From the NCBI RefSeq assembly GCF_009914755.1, contig NC_060932.1: a stretch of 64,000 nt of DNA, one strand, 5' to 3'. Of the stretch, positions 50,926-64,000 are shown one piece after another. The notes beneath the pieces were generated by a model. The model ran no database searches, was not told where the DNA came from, and worked only from the letters and a program-made list of their open reading frames with translations. The stretch comes from the human T2T-CHM13v2.0 reference genome, Homo sapiens. Numbering within the stretch: position 1 is the stretch's first letter; each line of letters begins with the position of its first letter. The position numbers and the translations under genes are program-made.

Positions 50926-53748
50926 ATGCTGGACATTCTTATAACCAGTCTTTTACGTATGTGTGTTTGTGTGTGCGGTACCCATTAGAACACTTTTCTT
51001 GCTTTTTCTCTTTCAATCAATCCTTCAAGCAACTCTATTTTAGATATCATTCAGGCTGGGATTGTAGGGGAAGACAAATTTTTAAAAAAGGACGCACTTT
51101 AGAGACATATGCCATCTGAGATAGATAGTACTTGTCTAGAGCTGTGTGGGAAAAGATTCTAAATTTTCCTAACAATACAAGGAAAAGAGTGCTGTGATTG
51201 ATTAGTGATGTCTGTCAAGAAAAGAGGACAGACAGGAGGTAGGACGCATGGCATGTATTTGTGATTTCTGCTTTCTGCTTGGAGACTGAAGCTTGAGAAG
51301 GGAAGAAAGGAATATGGGAAGACTATAGATTTGCAAATGGCAGAGATAAGAAGAAGCATGAATTTGCCACACTCACTATCATGTGTCTTGGGTGAGATAG
51401 TTGGGAGTCTTCAAGTCAGAAAGCTGGGTCTTTATCTGTGTTAGTTATCATTTATCATAGACACTGAATAACTATTTGTTGCAGAAATTGTACAGATAAG
51501 AGTTCAAGTCATGTGATCTCTCTTCCGTGGGTCATTATATTCCTTGTCCCAGTAATTTAAAGTTCTCTAATTTTCTCAACTCCTCTAAGAAATGAGGTAA
51601 ATCCAAAGCCCATCCCCACTCATATCCCAATCAGGAAGATTAGTTATGGAATTGGGACTTGAAATTATAATAACTTACCCTGCAAGGTTAAGAGTGAACT
51701 TCAGGTGGCCAAGATACCTGATTAGAAGCAGGTAGTGTGTCCTGCTCTCATCGAGAGAAGAAAAAGTGGCAAGTGAACACTAGTTCTTCAACTGGATTAT
51801 CCAGCTGGACATGTTGGGATTCATCAAGGAAGCAACATGACCCATAAAGAACAGAGAAGAGCAAAGTAGGACAGCCACCCACTGAGGACTGGGACAGAGC
51901 CAGGGCAGGCTCTCCACCACAGGAAAACGGTGAGTGAGTGAGAGCCCCTAAAGACACACACTTCTGCCATGGACTTTTGCAACCCTTGGCTTAGGAGATC
52001 CCCTGTGACCCCCCTCATTGGGGCCCCCAAACTGTCATGAAGAGCTATGTGGAATGTGATTGGAGCCACCACTCAGGCGCAAGTGGAGTCCTGGGGGCCA
52101 TGGATCTCTGGGTACCCCAGCACTAGCTCTGACAATGAGAGAGGCCAGGTTCCCTCACATGCCCCCAGGGTAGGGGTTGATTTCTTGGGGCTGAGGAGTG
52201 GATGGACTTCAGGACTTGCCTCCACTACACTTTGCTAAACAAGGCCCGCTGGCCTGGGACCCTAGCATGGCCACTTGGCCCCACTTTAGCTTTTGACCCA
52301 GTAGCAGACCTGCACTTCCCTGGGATGGAGCTTCCAGAGGGAGCAGGTAGACCTGGCATTTTTGCTGCACTGCAGCTCCTGCCCCTACTGCCCTCAGACT
52401 TGGGAGGAAGTGAAGTGGTTAAGGACTAATGTGTGCCCCCAGACCATTTTCCACACAGGTCCTTGCCTCTGTTACTCGTTACTGGGCAGAGCCTCTTGAC
52501 CTTGGCCCCCAGCACAATCACCATGCCTGGATCTGAACACTTAAGTTGATGGTGGCTCTGGGATTCTCTGGCGAGGAAATCCCAGAGACAATCCACAGCC
52601 CCTCTCATTGTAGCTACGGAGCAACCAGCCCCCGCCCCTGACATGCCCCACAACAACTGTGCATTCCCACTCTTAGTGACTTGGTGTTTCCCTGGGGTGG
52701 AGCTTCGAGAGGCACCTGACAACCTCTCTGCCACTGACACTGCAGTGGTTCTGACTGTGCTGCCCTCAGACTGGAGAAGAAACAAAGAGCCTGAAGGCTT
52801 TACGTGTGCTTCCAGCATGCCAGTTGCCAAATAGAGAGGAGCCTAGTCTCTCTTCCCTTTGAGCCTCTGACCCCTTGCTCTCCATCAAGCAGGGCCCCCA
52901 GCACAGGCCACAGTGCAGCTGCCCCACCCCATGACTGAATCCCATAGCAGAGCCTCCCCATTGGCTGAGTCTCTGCTTTTCTCTGGAGTGGAGCCCCCAG
53001 AGGCAACCGAAAGCTCCTCTGTCACTGCCATTGCAGTGGTACTGCCCTTGCTGCCCTTGCACTGCAGAAGGAATAAAGACCCGGAAGGCTTTACTATACC
53101 TCTAGCATGCCACAGCTGCCCTAAAGAGAAGAGGACAGGACAGTCTGTCTTCCCCATGAGACTCCTGCACCTCTGACCATTACCAGGTAGGGCCCCCTGG
53201 CTTGGGCCCACAATGCAGATGCCCCATAAGGGTGACTGCTCCAACTGGTAGCAGTTCTGTGTTTCTCTAGAGTGGCGCCCCAAGAGGCAAGTGAAAGGCC
53301 CTCTGCCATTGCCACTGCCAAGGTCCCTGCCACTGCTAACCCCAAGCTGGGGAGAAAACATAAAGCCTGAGCTTGCCTCAGGGCTGTAATGTGTAGCCTG
53401 GGAGTGGCAAGCCAAGATCTGCAGTCAATACTTGAGTAGGAGAGGAGCTCACACCCTCAGAACACTGAGAAGGAGCATGACCGCAATTGTGAGGAAATAC
53501 ATAGGCACCACATGGCTGAGAAGAAGCCTATCTACTGGCCACTATGCTTAAGTGCCACCTACTGGGCCACAGCTCAAATTTCAATAAAAAAATACTTTGC
53601 TAATATACCTGCAGTGAAACCTAGGACAAGAATTCAGCTACAAATAAAGAAATAGCACAAAGGCTTGGCCCTCTGAAAACACCCAGAAACAAAGTCAAGT
53701 GACTATACTCAAATTGCACCGCAGTTAAAGGAACATCAGTTCACACAG

Positions 53749-54770
53749 ATGAGAAGGAACCAGCTCAAGAAGTCTGGTGACTCAAAAGGCCAGAATGTCT
53801 TCTTTCCTCTAAATGACTGCACTAGTTCCCCAGAAATGGTTATTGATCAGGCTGAAATGGGTGAAACCATAGACATATAATGCAGAATATGGATGGGAAT
53901 GAGGATCATCAAGATCAGGAGAAATTTGAAATCCAATATAAGAAATCTAAGGATTACAATAAAATGATACAGTAGTTGAAAGACAAAAATGGCCATTTTA
54001 AGAACAAACCAAACTGATCTGATGGAGCTGAAAAATACACTTCAAGAATTTCATAATACAATCACAAGTATTAACAGCAGAATAGACCAAGCTGAAGAGA
54101 GAGTCTCAGAACTTGAAGACTGGTTCTCCATACTAACTCAGTCAGGCAAAAGTAAAGAAAAGGGAATGAAAAAGAATGAAAAAAATCTCCAAAAAATGTG
54201 AGATTATGTAAAGAGACAAAATCTATGTCTCACTGACATCCCTGAAAGAGAAGGAGAGAAAAGAAGCAACTTGGAAAACACATTTGAAGATATTGTCATG
54301 AAAATTTCCCCAACCTTGCTAGAAAGGGTAACATTCAAATTCAGGAAATGCAGAGAACCCCTGAAAGATACTATACAAGATGACCAACCCCAAGACACTC
54401 GTCTTCAGAATCTTCAAGGTCAACATGAAAGAAAAAGTATTAAAGGCAGCTAGGGAGACAGGACAGGTCACCTACAAAGTGAACCCCATCAGGCTAACAG
54501 TGGACCTTTCAATAGAAGCCCTACAAGCAAGCAGAGATTGGAAGCCTACATTCAGCATTCTTAAAGAGAAGAAGCTCCAACCAAGAATTTTATAACCTGT
54601 CAAGCTAAGCTTCATAAGTGAAGAAGAAATAAGACCCTTTTCAGACAAGCAAATGTTAAGGGAATTTGTTACTACCAGACCTGCCTTACAAGACATCCTT
54701 AACAGAGTGCTAAATATGGAAATGAAGGCTATTACTGGCCACGAGAAAAACAATACACTTAAATACATAG
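53749..54770 (+). pseudogene. L1 ORF1p remnant
   Basis: Peptides ELKNTLQEFHNTITSINSRIDQAEERVSELED and MKEKVLKAARETGQVTYK..PIRLTVDLS; stops and frameshifts. Confidence 0.9.
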
Positions 54771-54825
54771 ACTACTGACACTATAAAGCAACTACACAAT
54801 CAAGTCTGCATAATAACCAGCTAAC

Positions 54826-55348
54826 ATGGTGACAGGATCAAATCCACACATATCAATGTTAAACTTTAATGTAAACAGGATAAATGCCCCAATTAAAAGA
54901 CACAGAGTGGCAAATTGGATAAAGAGGTGTGACCCAACTGTATGTTGCCTTCAAAAGACCCATCTTACATGTAATGACACCCATAAGCTCAAAGTAAAGG
55001 GAAGAAGTATCTACCAAGCAAATGAAACAAAACAAAACAAAACAGACAAAAAAAATCAGGGATTGCTATTCTAATTTCAGACAAAACAGACTCTAAACCA
55101 TCAATGATCACAGAGGACAAAGAAGGGCATTATATTATGGTAAAGGGTTCAATTCATCAAGAAGACTTAACTATCCCAAATATATATGCATTCAACACAG
55201 GAGCACTCAGATTCATAAAACAAGTTCTTGGCCACCTATGAAGGGACTTAGATAACCATACAATACCAATGGGAGACCTCAACATCCCACTGACTGTGTT
55301 AGACAGATCATCAAGACAGAAAACTAACAAAGATATTTGGGACCTCAA
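54826..55348 (+). pseudogene. L1 ORF2p endonuclease remnant
   Basis: MVTGSNPHISMLNFNVNRINAPIKRHRVANWIK..DPTVCCLQKTHL. Confidence 0.9.
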
Positions 55349-56081
55349 ATATCAGTTGTCAATCTGTCAGTTGTCAGTCAACAACTGACACTTGGCTTTT
55401 TATTGCAAATCAACAAATGTGATTCATCAAATAAATATCAAAAAGCTCATCCACCATGATCAAGTAGGCCTTATCCCTGGTATGCAAGGTTGACTGAACA
55501 TATGCAAATCAATAGATGTGATTTATCACATAAACAGAACTAAAAACAAAAACTGCATGATTATCTCAATAGATGGAGAAAAGCTTTTAATAAAATTCAG
55601 TATCACTTCATGTTAAAAGCCCTCAACAAACTAGTACTATTCACAATAACAAAAATGTGGAATCAACCTAAATGTCAATCAACAATAGATAAAGAAAATA
55701 TGGTACATACACACCATGGAATACTATGTACACATAAAAAAGAGTGAGCTAATGTCCTTTGCAGCAACGTGGATGAAGCTGGAGGCCATTATCTTAAGCA
55801 AATTAATGCAGGAATGGAAAATCAAACACCACATTTCTCACTTGTAAGTGAGAGCTAAATGTTGAGTACACATGGACACAAAGAAGGGAACAATAGACAC
55901 CAGGGCCTACTTGAGGGTGGGAGTGGGAGTGGGGTGAGGATTAAAAAACTACCTATTGGGTACTATACTTATTACCTGAATGACAAAATAATATGTACAC
56001 CAAACTCCCACAACATGCAATTTATCCATAGGACCAATCTGCCAATGTATCCCTGAAACTAAGTTAAAAAACAATAGTGGA

Positions 56082-56393
<312 letters not shown>

Positions 56394-56399
56394 TCAGCT

Positions 56400-56530
56400 G
56401 TCTAACACACACTTCCTGTATAACTTTGAGTAAATCAGTGTATTGTTCTACATCTTAGTTTTCTCATATATAAATTGATGTGGTTAGATAAAATAATGTT
56501 GAAAGTTCTTTTCAAATTTAATATTCTCTG
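56400..56530 (+). mobile_element. MIR3-like fragment
   Basis: 'agttttctcatatataaa...aaagttcttttcaaatttaatattct'. Confidence 0.5.
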
Positions 56531-57379
56531 TTCAGCTCAAGAGTGAGACATGCTGCTGTTCTGTTGAAGACTCTTTGGCTGATACCACCTCATGGTGGCT
56601 TTTTATTGCTAGGAACTGACATGACACTAGGTTAGGATAAAGAAATAGCAGCAGATTTATTTGATCACTAAAGAAGGGTTAAGTTTTTGAGGGCAGGACC
56701 TATGTCTAATGCATCTTCATATCTCCATACTCGACAGGTATGTTTTGAATCAATGAAGCAAAACTTTTACTGGAAGAAAGACTCTGCAGGAATTTATGAG
56801 TTGTACAGAATCTGGTGAATACAGCACTATTCACAAAAATTATTTTGGTAATTAACATCAGCTTTGGATTGCATGGCAGCAACTGAATCTGCTGTTTAAA
56901 AGATTACACAAAATCTGCTGTCCAGGACGTGGACTGGTTATAAGTTGTGGTTATTGCTGTTTTAGTAAAAGACTTTTTAATAAAAGTCTTTGCTTCCAAC
57001 AAAAAAACCTTCATGAATGTGCTTGATTGCTCTGTGTCATCCATACATTTTCTGACTAGATATTCATGCCATGCACATAGTGAGGATGCCTAAAGGGAGG
57101 AGCAGAGAAAAGGCAATAAATTGAACAGCAGCGATTTCTCTTTTCTTATTCCTGCCCCAACTTCAGCACAGTTCAGGCAAGAATGAGTTCAGAGCTTTAC
57201 GTACCTGGAAAGAGATCTTAATTTTCAGCCTGACAGGTACAAGGAGTGAGCCTATACATAAGATTAATTCTTAATAGCCTCCAGATGGGGACATTTCTTT
57301 CCATCCCTCTCTCCTTGCACCTAAACACCATAACTGGAATTCTGATGATTTGTCTATGGCTGTAGCAGAGGGATTTTTA

Positions 57380-57522
57380 TTTTAAATTACAGGTTCCCAG
57401 ATCTATCCACCAGAGAGTCAGATTTAATTGATATGGCAAGTGTGGTGAGTGTCTGGGAATTTGTGTTTTTACAAAGTTCCCCCAGGTAATTCTGATAACC
57501 AGTCAGGTTTAGGATCCACTGA
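57380..57522. mobile_element. MER5A DNA transposon
   Basis: 'gggaatttgtgtttttacaaagttccccaggtaattctgat...caggtttaggatccactg'. Confidence 0.75.
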
Positions 57523-57529
57523 TCTGCTA

Positions 57530-57900
57530 AATAAGGGCAGAGACGTCTTATAGAATGGCAGTGAAGGCCCTTTGTAATAGTTCCTCCAATCCTCTTTCCT
57601 TTTTCCAGCTTATTTCTAGTTATTCCTTCTGTGCCATTCCTGCCTTTATGCCCAACCAGATCACGTGTGGCTACCCAAACACGACAGGTTCTGTGCATCT
57701 CCATCCTTTTTTTGCTCACCCTGTATCCCGTGCTATAAGACTTCTGCGTCAGGTGTCTGTTTTGTGAACTTAACATCTTTCAATGGCCAGTTTAACTTAC
57801 ACTTTACATCTCTGAGTTTCCTAGTAACCATCCATCTGCCTGAAGAATTAATTAATCCTTTTTTTGTGTTCTCATAATACATTGAACATTCTGTCTCTAT
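57530..57900 (+). mobile_element. L2 fragment
   Basis: 'gaaggccctttgtaat', 'catccttttttgctca', 'catctttcaatggccagttta'. Confidence 0.45.
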
Positions 57901-57979
57901 TATAAATACAGCGACATATTTTTTCTACTCACTAAATCGGCACAAACAGCCAAATAGTGGGATGGGATATTTTAAATAG

Positions 57980-59240
57980 AACAGAGTATTTAAAATTATT
58001 TTTTGGCCTCGATTTTGAAGTTTTTAGCCAAGATAAAAATAAAACTTGTTAAATCAAGTAATACAGAAGTGAGTTTATAATAGCCCTTTCCTCTATCCCC
58101 CCTAAAACAAAATAAAATAAAACCCTCCCACTTTGCTTTCCCTGGCCTAGTCCTAATTTTCTGGGGCAATAGTTTAAAAAAAATCAGTTTTTTTCTCCAG
58201 TTAATACAAAATGTAGTAGAATCAAAGAAGGCAGCTCCTGCTTCTGTCCCCAGCTGCCACCTCTTTCTCCTCTCCAGAGATCCACACTGTCACTAGTTTC
58301 TTACATTTCTCCTAAGACAGTCTATGAGTTTTCAAATGTATATTCAAACACACAGACACACACACAGAACCAAACTGTATTACTGCACATATATTGCATC
58401 TTGCTTTTATTTTTTAACAATTTATCTTGGAGATTTACTCCATATTTGTGAATAAAGATATATCTCATTCCTTTTGCTGGCATATCATTTCATTATTATT
58501 AGCTATACTGTGGTTTACTTAGCTAGTCCTCTACTCACGGAAATTTAGGATGCTGCATAGCTTTTGCTACGACAGATAATTCTGTAGTGTACATATATCA
58601 TTTTTTTAAGGTTCAAGAATACCTGTGGATAAATTCCAAAGAATGGAATTGTTGGTGTGTACATTTTTATATTTAATAGATATTTCCAAGTTCCTCTTTA
58701 TAGGGCAGACATGAACTAGTGCTGCCTCCACAAATGACTTTGTCAAACCGTTGTGTTATTAAACTGTTTTACTTTCTGACAATCTGGTATTTAAGGAACG
58801 GTATCTACTTACAGTTTTCATTTGCATAACCCATTATATTGGGACTGCGCATCTTTCCGTATGGTTAAGGGCTAGTTGTATTTTCTTTTCTGTGAACAAT
58901 GTCTTCCTTTTCATAATTCATTTTAAAAAGTAATCAAAATTGTCATGTTTTCTCCTTTATAGTCTCTGGAATTTACGTCATACTTAGAAAAATGTCTATT
59001 TTGCAGAGATTATTTTCAAAAACTAGCTCTAAAGTTTCACTAAGTATTTTTCCCTTGAAATTTATGATTACATCAAATTTATACATTTTATCTGGAATCA
59101 GAATAATTGACATATTTATCATATTGTGTGTTTATATCCAATAATACATTCTACTTTTCTTTGGCTTAAGTTTTTTTGTATGTATATGTTTTTTGGAGTA
59201 TTTTGAAGTTTCTTAATACAGATGTTACAGATTTTTCGTG
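57980..59240 (-). mobile_element. Old L1M (L1ME-like)
   Basis: 'aacaatttatcttggagat', 'ggataaattcc...atggaattgttgg', 'agttttcatttgcat'. Confidence 0.7.
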
Positions 59241-59244
59241 AAGC

Positions 59245-60386
<1,142 letters not shown>

Positions 60387-61329
60387 CACTTGCTTTACTT
60401 GTGTCATGTGGCCAAATTAAGAAAGGATATATAAGTGATAAAGCCATCCAGACCTGGGAGGACAACTGTGGTAAGAATATCTCTAACCGTCTCTTCTTCA
60501 TTTTATTTTAAGAACATCTCACTTCCATTTGAAAATAGCCTGTGTGATATGATCTTACTTTGGGCTTGTAGTCAACCATCTATTTTTTATCATTTTATAA
60601 TTAGGGTATTAATTATTCCTATGAGATCTTACATTTTGGTTTTCATGGGGAAAGACACTTAACAAATCTCATTGACTTCTCTTTGAAATTCTAGTGATGC
60701 CATTCTAGAGCCAGTCATGCAACAACCGAATGACAAGGGGCTATCTGGGGATCTGAATTCTTGGGAGTGGATTGATGTTATTACAAGGATAGGATGCTCC
60801 TTAGGGTGTGCACAGACAGGTTTGTAGAAAGGATGTGAATTCTGCAGGTGTTTTTTGCTCCATTGAAATGCAGGGATAACAGAAGGGAAGAAAAAAGTGT
60901 TAGAAGAGTGTATTCTTTGATCAGGGACATTAAAATGACATATATAAACTTCCAGATTTGATTCTGGATTTATATTTGTACTTTCCCATCCCTGGCCTTG
61001 GGCTTTGCAAAAAGACTTATGATTCCAAAAAGGAGCGATTTCCTCTGAGTCATTTAGGATTATGGTTAAATTTATTGGGGAAGTTTATGTGTTACTTACC
61101 AGAAAGCAATTTTGACTTCCTGGGTCTGGAAGCATTTTCAAGGGAACAAAAAATCAAGACCAGTAGTCAAAATAAAAACCAATATCCTGGAAAATTCATG
61201 CTAAATTTTTTTTTTAAAAATCTACTCTCAACTGCTATTAATTATTTTTTTTTCCCAATGTTCCTTTTCAGACATTGTTCACATATAGTCCTATGTTAAG
61301 AAAGTGGATACAAGCTGTTATACCTTTCA

Positions 61330-61790
61330 CAGTCATCTTTATTTGCTTTATAGTCTATCACAAATATTTTCTATGATGAATTGTTTCTTCATAATTTTAC
61401 ATTTTAGTGGCTGCATAAAAATGCACTGAGTTATAGTACCACAACTTTAAAAATCATTTTTCTGATACCAGATTTTGGGCAGTTTTTGCTCACAATTAAT
61501 GCCACAATAAATAACTTCACAGGTTCACATGTTTTCTTTTCTTTTGTTAAGATATTTATTTAAAAGTGGGATTTTTGAACTAAAGGAGGGTAGATACTTA
61601 TTTAGAGTGGGATTTTTGAACTAAAGGAGGGTAGATACTTATTTAGAGTGGGATTTTTGAACTAAAGGAAGATAGATATTTCCAACAGTCTTGATACACA
61701 TTGTCAAACTGCTTGAAAAAGGATTCTCCAGCTATCCACATTTCCCAAGAATGGAGTGGAGCCGTTGTTCCCACATTCCTAGTAGTTACC
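61330..61790 (-). mobile_element. Old L1M fragment
   Basis: 'ttttagtggctgcataa', 'aagtgggatt', 'ttgatacacattgtcaaactgc'. Confidence 0.5.
61550..61680. repeat. 41-bp minisatellite, about 3 copies
   Basis: AGTGGGATTTTTGAACTAAAGGAGGGTAGATACTTATTTAG at 61565 and 61606 (identical), diverging third copy at 61647. Confidence 0.95.
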
Positions 61791-61819
61791 ATTAGCAGAA
61801 GTGCCCAAGTAGATGCCCC

Positions 61820-62435
61820 TTGATTCATTCTATTGCTGCCACTCTAGTATAAGTGCTTGCCTGGATTATGCCAATTGCCTCCTCGCTGGTGTACCATGGC
61901 TTTCACTCTTGCCTTTTCTAAAACCTTTTCTTTACATATCTCTTAAAGTATAATTATAATAACACTCATCTACTTTAGCCTTTTTCTCTATATTTAGAAT
62001 GGAATCTAAAGTCCCTTCCATGGCCTAAAAAGCATTTTGTGGTCCGGCTCAGCCCACCTCTCCAACCCCATCCCCTAACACTCTTCTCTTACTCATTACT
62101 TCCCAGCCACACTGGTCTTCTTCTGTTTTAAAACATACCAAGTTCATTTCCATCTCAGGGTCTTTGCACTTGTCCTTTGCTTGCCTATGCATCTTCTTCC
62201 AGACATTCACATGGCTTGCTCTTCCGTATTTTTTAGGTTTCAGCTCAAGTGATACTTCCTTGGACATGTTCTCTCTGACAACCTTGGCCACAGTAGCATT
62301 CACCCTGCCCATTTTCTAGCTCTTCTTTACCCCTTCATAAGCTCTGTTAAGGACTGTATCTGTTTTTTTTTTTTTTTTCACTTATTGTATTATGGCTAAA
62401 ACCAAATAAATGCCATTGGAATGAATGAATGAACA
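61820..62435 (+). mobile_element. L2 LINE 3' region
   Basis: 'gcctggattatgccaattgcctcct', 'ccagccacactggtcttc', 'ctcagggtctttgcacttg', tail 'gaatgaatgaatgaa'. Confidence 0.8.
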
Positions 62436-62674
62436 AACAGACTCCCTTTCATGGAGACTGGGAGGTAGGGTCCCATTTTTATTGTAAACTTAGGAAGGAT
62501 GACTAAAATGCTCTCTAATTCCATATCTCGTATCTTATTTGCATGTACTGGGTTCTGAAATTCTCAGTGGAATGTCTAGAATCAAGAGGAAAATTGTAGG
62601 TTTTGGGTTTAAGTGAAGAATGTCACCTCCCAGGTTGTATCCTCTTGTTTCTTCGAGTTCTTTCTTTGAGCAGG

Positions 62675-62719
62675 TTTTTTTTTGTTTTGTTTTTTTGTTT
62701 TTTGTTTTTTGTTTTTTTT
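62675..62719. repeat. T-rich (TTTTTTG)n tract
   Basis: Directly visible. Confidence 0.85.
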
Positions 62720-62899
62720 GCTACTGTTATGGGAACAGCACTGGATTTGACACTGAGAAACACATCCAAGAAGTGTGAGAAGTATTTCTTGCCTTTTAGG
62801 AACATATAATTTAATTGTGAAGACAGTGAAATATGTAGACATGCATGCATTCTTCTCCCAATACACACACACACTGACTGCAGTAAAATATAAACGAGT

Positions 62900-63130
62900 A
62901 TTAATAAAAATAACCAATAATTTTGAATATTAAGAATATCAGGCACTTTGCTAAATATCTGATGTGTATATGACATGCAATCCTCACACTAACCATATAT
63001 GGTTGGCATTATTATTTTCCTCATCTTTAAGACGAGGAAACTGGGATTCACTTAGTAACTTGCCCAAGATTACAGACTCAGCAAATGGGGGAGCCCTACT
63101 CGAAATCTTGCTTAAAATCATCATCTATTC
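62900..63130 (-). mobile_element. MIR SINE
   Basis: 'caggcactttgctaa...gaggaaactgggattca...aacttgcccaagattacag'. Confidence 0.75.
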
Positions 63131-63477
63131 AGTAACATTTTGGATATAGGATAAGCACTGGGTATATTTTGAAGAATTTCCAGATTTTACAAAAACAAAA
63201 AAGGTAAGAAAAGGTACTTGGACTGGGAACACAATGTAAACAAGATCCGACTACTAAAATGTGAAATGCAATTCTCAGGTTAAAGCCATTGGAATAGAAA
63301 ATTCTAGAACCTACCTTCTCTGTGTCTAGAGACCTACTCACACCTGGAGTGACTGAATTTTTATACATATAGAATCAGGCCTGCTCAGTTCAGGGACATG
63401 TATCAATACTTTCATGTCTACCCTTTTGCTGTAAAAAAGAGTCATAAACTGTTCTTCACCTTCTGAATCAGAGTCTG

Positions 63478-63667
63478 AGCCTGCCTGCCTTCTTTCCTTC
63501 CTTCTTTCCTTCCTTCCTTCCTTCTTCCCTCCCTCCCTCTCCCACTTCCTCCCTCCTTCCTTCCCCTTCCTTCCTTCCTCTTTTTTCTCTCTCCCTTCTT
63601 CCCTCCCTCCCTCCCTTCCTTCCTTCCTTTCTTCCTTCCTTCCTTCTTTCCTTCCTTCCCTCCTTTC
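63478..63667. repeat. (CTTC/CCCT)n polypyrimidine tract
   Basis: About 190 bp, almost purely C/T. Confidence 0.95.
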
Positions 63668-63731
63668 ATTTTACACGAATTGATAACCTAGTATGTGCCA
63701 GTTCTCTTGCTAGATACCATTAAGAAACACT

Positions 63732-63849
63732 TGACCAGGTGTGGTGGCTCATGCCTGTAATCACAGCACTTTGGGAGGCCAAAGCAGTAGGATCACTTGG
63801 GGCCAGGAGTTCAAGACCAGCCTGGTCAACATAGAGAGACCTCATCTCT

Positions 63850-63908
<59 letters not shown>

Positions 63909-64000
63909 TAAAAATTAGCTGGGCATGCTGGCATGTACCTGTGGTCCCAGCTACTTGGAAGGTTGAGGTGGGAGGATTGGTTGACCCTAGGTGGTTGAGA
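63732..64000 (+). mobile_element. AluJ (runs off window) with (CA)n in the central linker
   Basis: GACCAGGTGTGGTGGCTCATGCCTGTAATC...; (CA)~25 at 63854-63904. Confidence 0.93.

Larger units (their letters stand above)
51704..56072 (+). mobile_element. L1PA15/16-like LINE with both ends but large ORF2 deletions (~4.4 kb)
   Basis: 5' end GGTGGCCAAGAT...TAGAAGCAG; repetitive 5' UTR; ORF1/ORF2 remnants; 3' UTR 'aaaactacctattgggtactat'; degenerate TSD AAGAGTGAACTTCA vs AATAGTGGATGTCA. Confidence 0.9.

Noticed and set aside
52047-53415. ORFs up to 176 aa on both strands
   Set aside because: Within the repetitive L1 5' UTR.
56968-56991. Inverted repeat AAAGACTTTT...AAAAGTCTTT
   Set aside because: Short and AT-rich; compatible with chance.
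61550-61680. Direct repeats resembling a CRISPR array
   Set aside because: Head-to-tail with no spacers, eukaryotic context, no cas genes.

Overview
Primate (human-like) genomic DNA of intergenic or deep-intronic character. I found no credible host protein-coding exon, rRNA, tRNA or CRISPR array. The supplied ORFs are chance ORFs or lie inside repeats. The window is a layered fossil record of transposons: ancient MIR, L2 and L1M; DNA transposons (MER5, MER30, MER58, MER94, Tigger3 and a ~1.9-kb Tigger/pogo fossil with a readable transposase); many LTRs (MLT1, MST, THE1, MLT2, MER52A, MER50, LTR8B-like, MER4D, MER57); primate L1s; and Alus. Most notable: (1) a MaLR provirus with a HERV-L (MLT2A1) 5' LTR and a THE1 3' LTR, joined at the primer-binding site and flanked by one TSD; (2) a 141-bp inverted copy templated from that provirus; (3) a near-complete JRK/JRKL-like transposase fossil; (4) an isolated pre-miRNA-like hairpin; (5) a nested ERV1 LTR cluster; (6) an L1 with both ends but internal deletions with templated junction scars. 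Family names come from recalled consensus sequences and need RepeatMasker/Dfam confirmation. Boundaries without a stated TSD are approximate. Nothing here demonstrates a new biological system.
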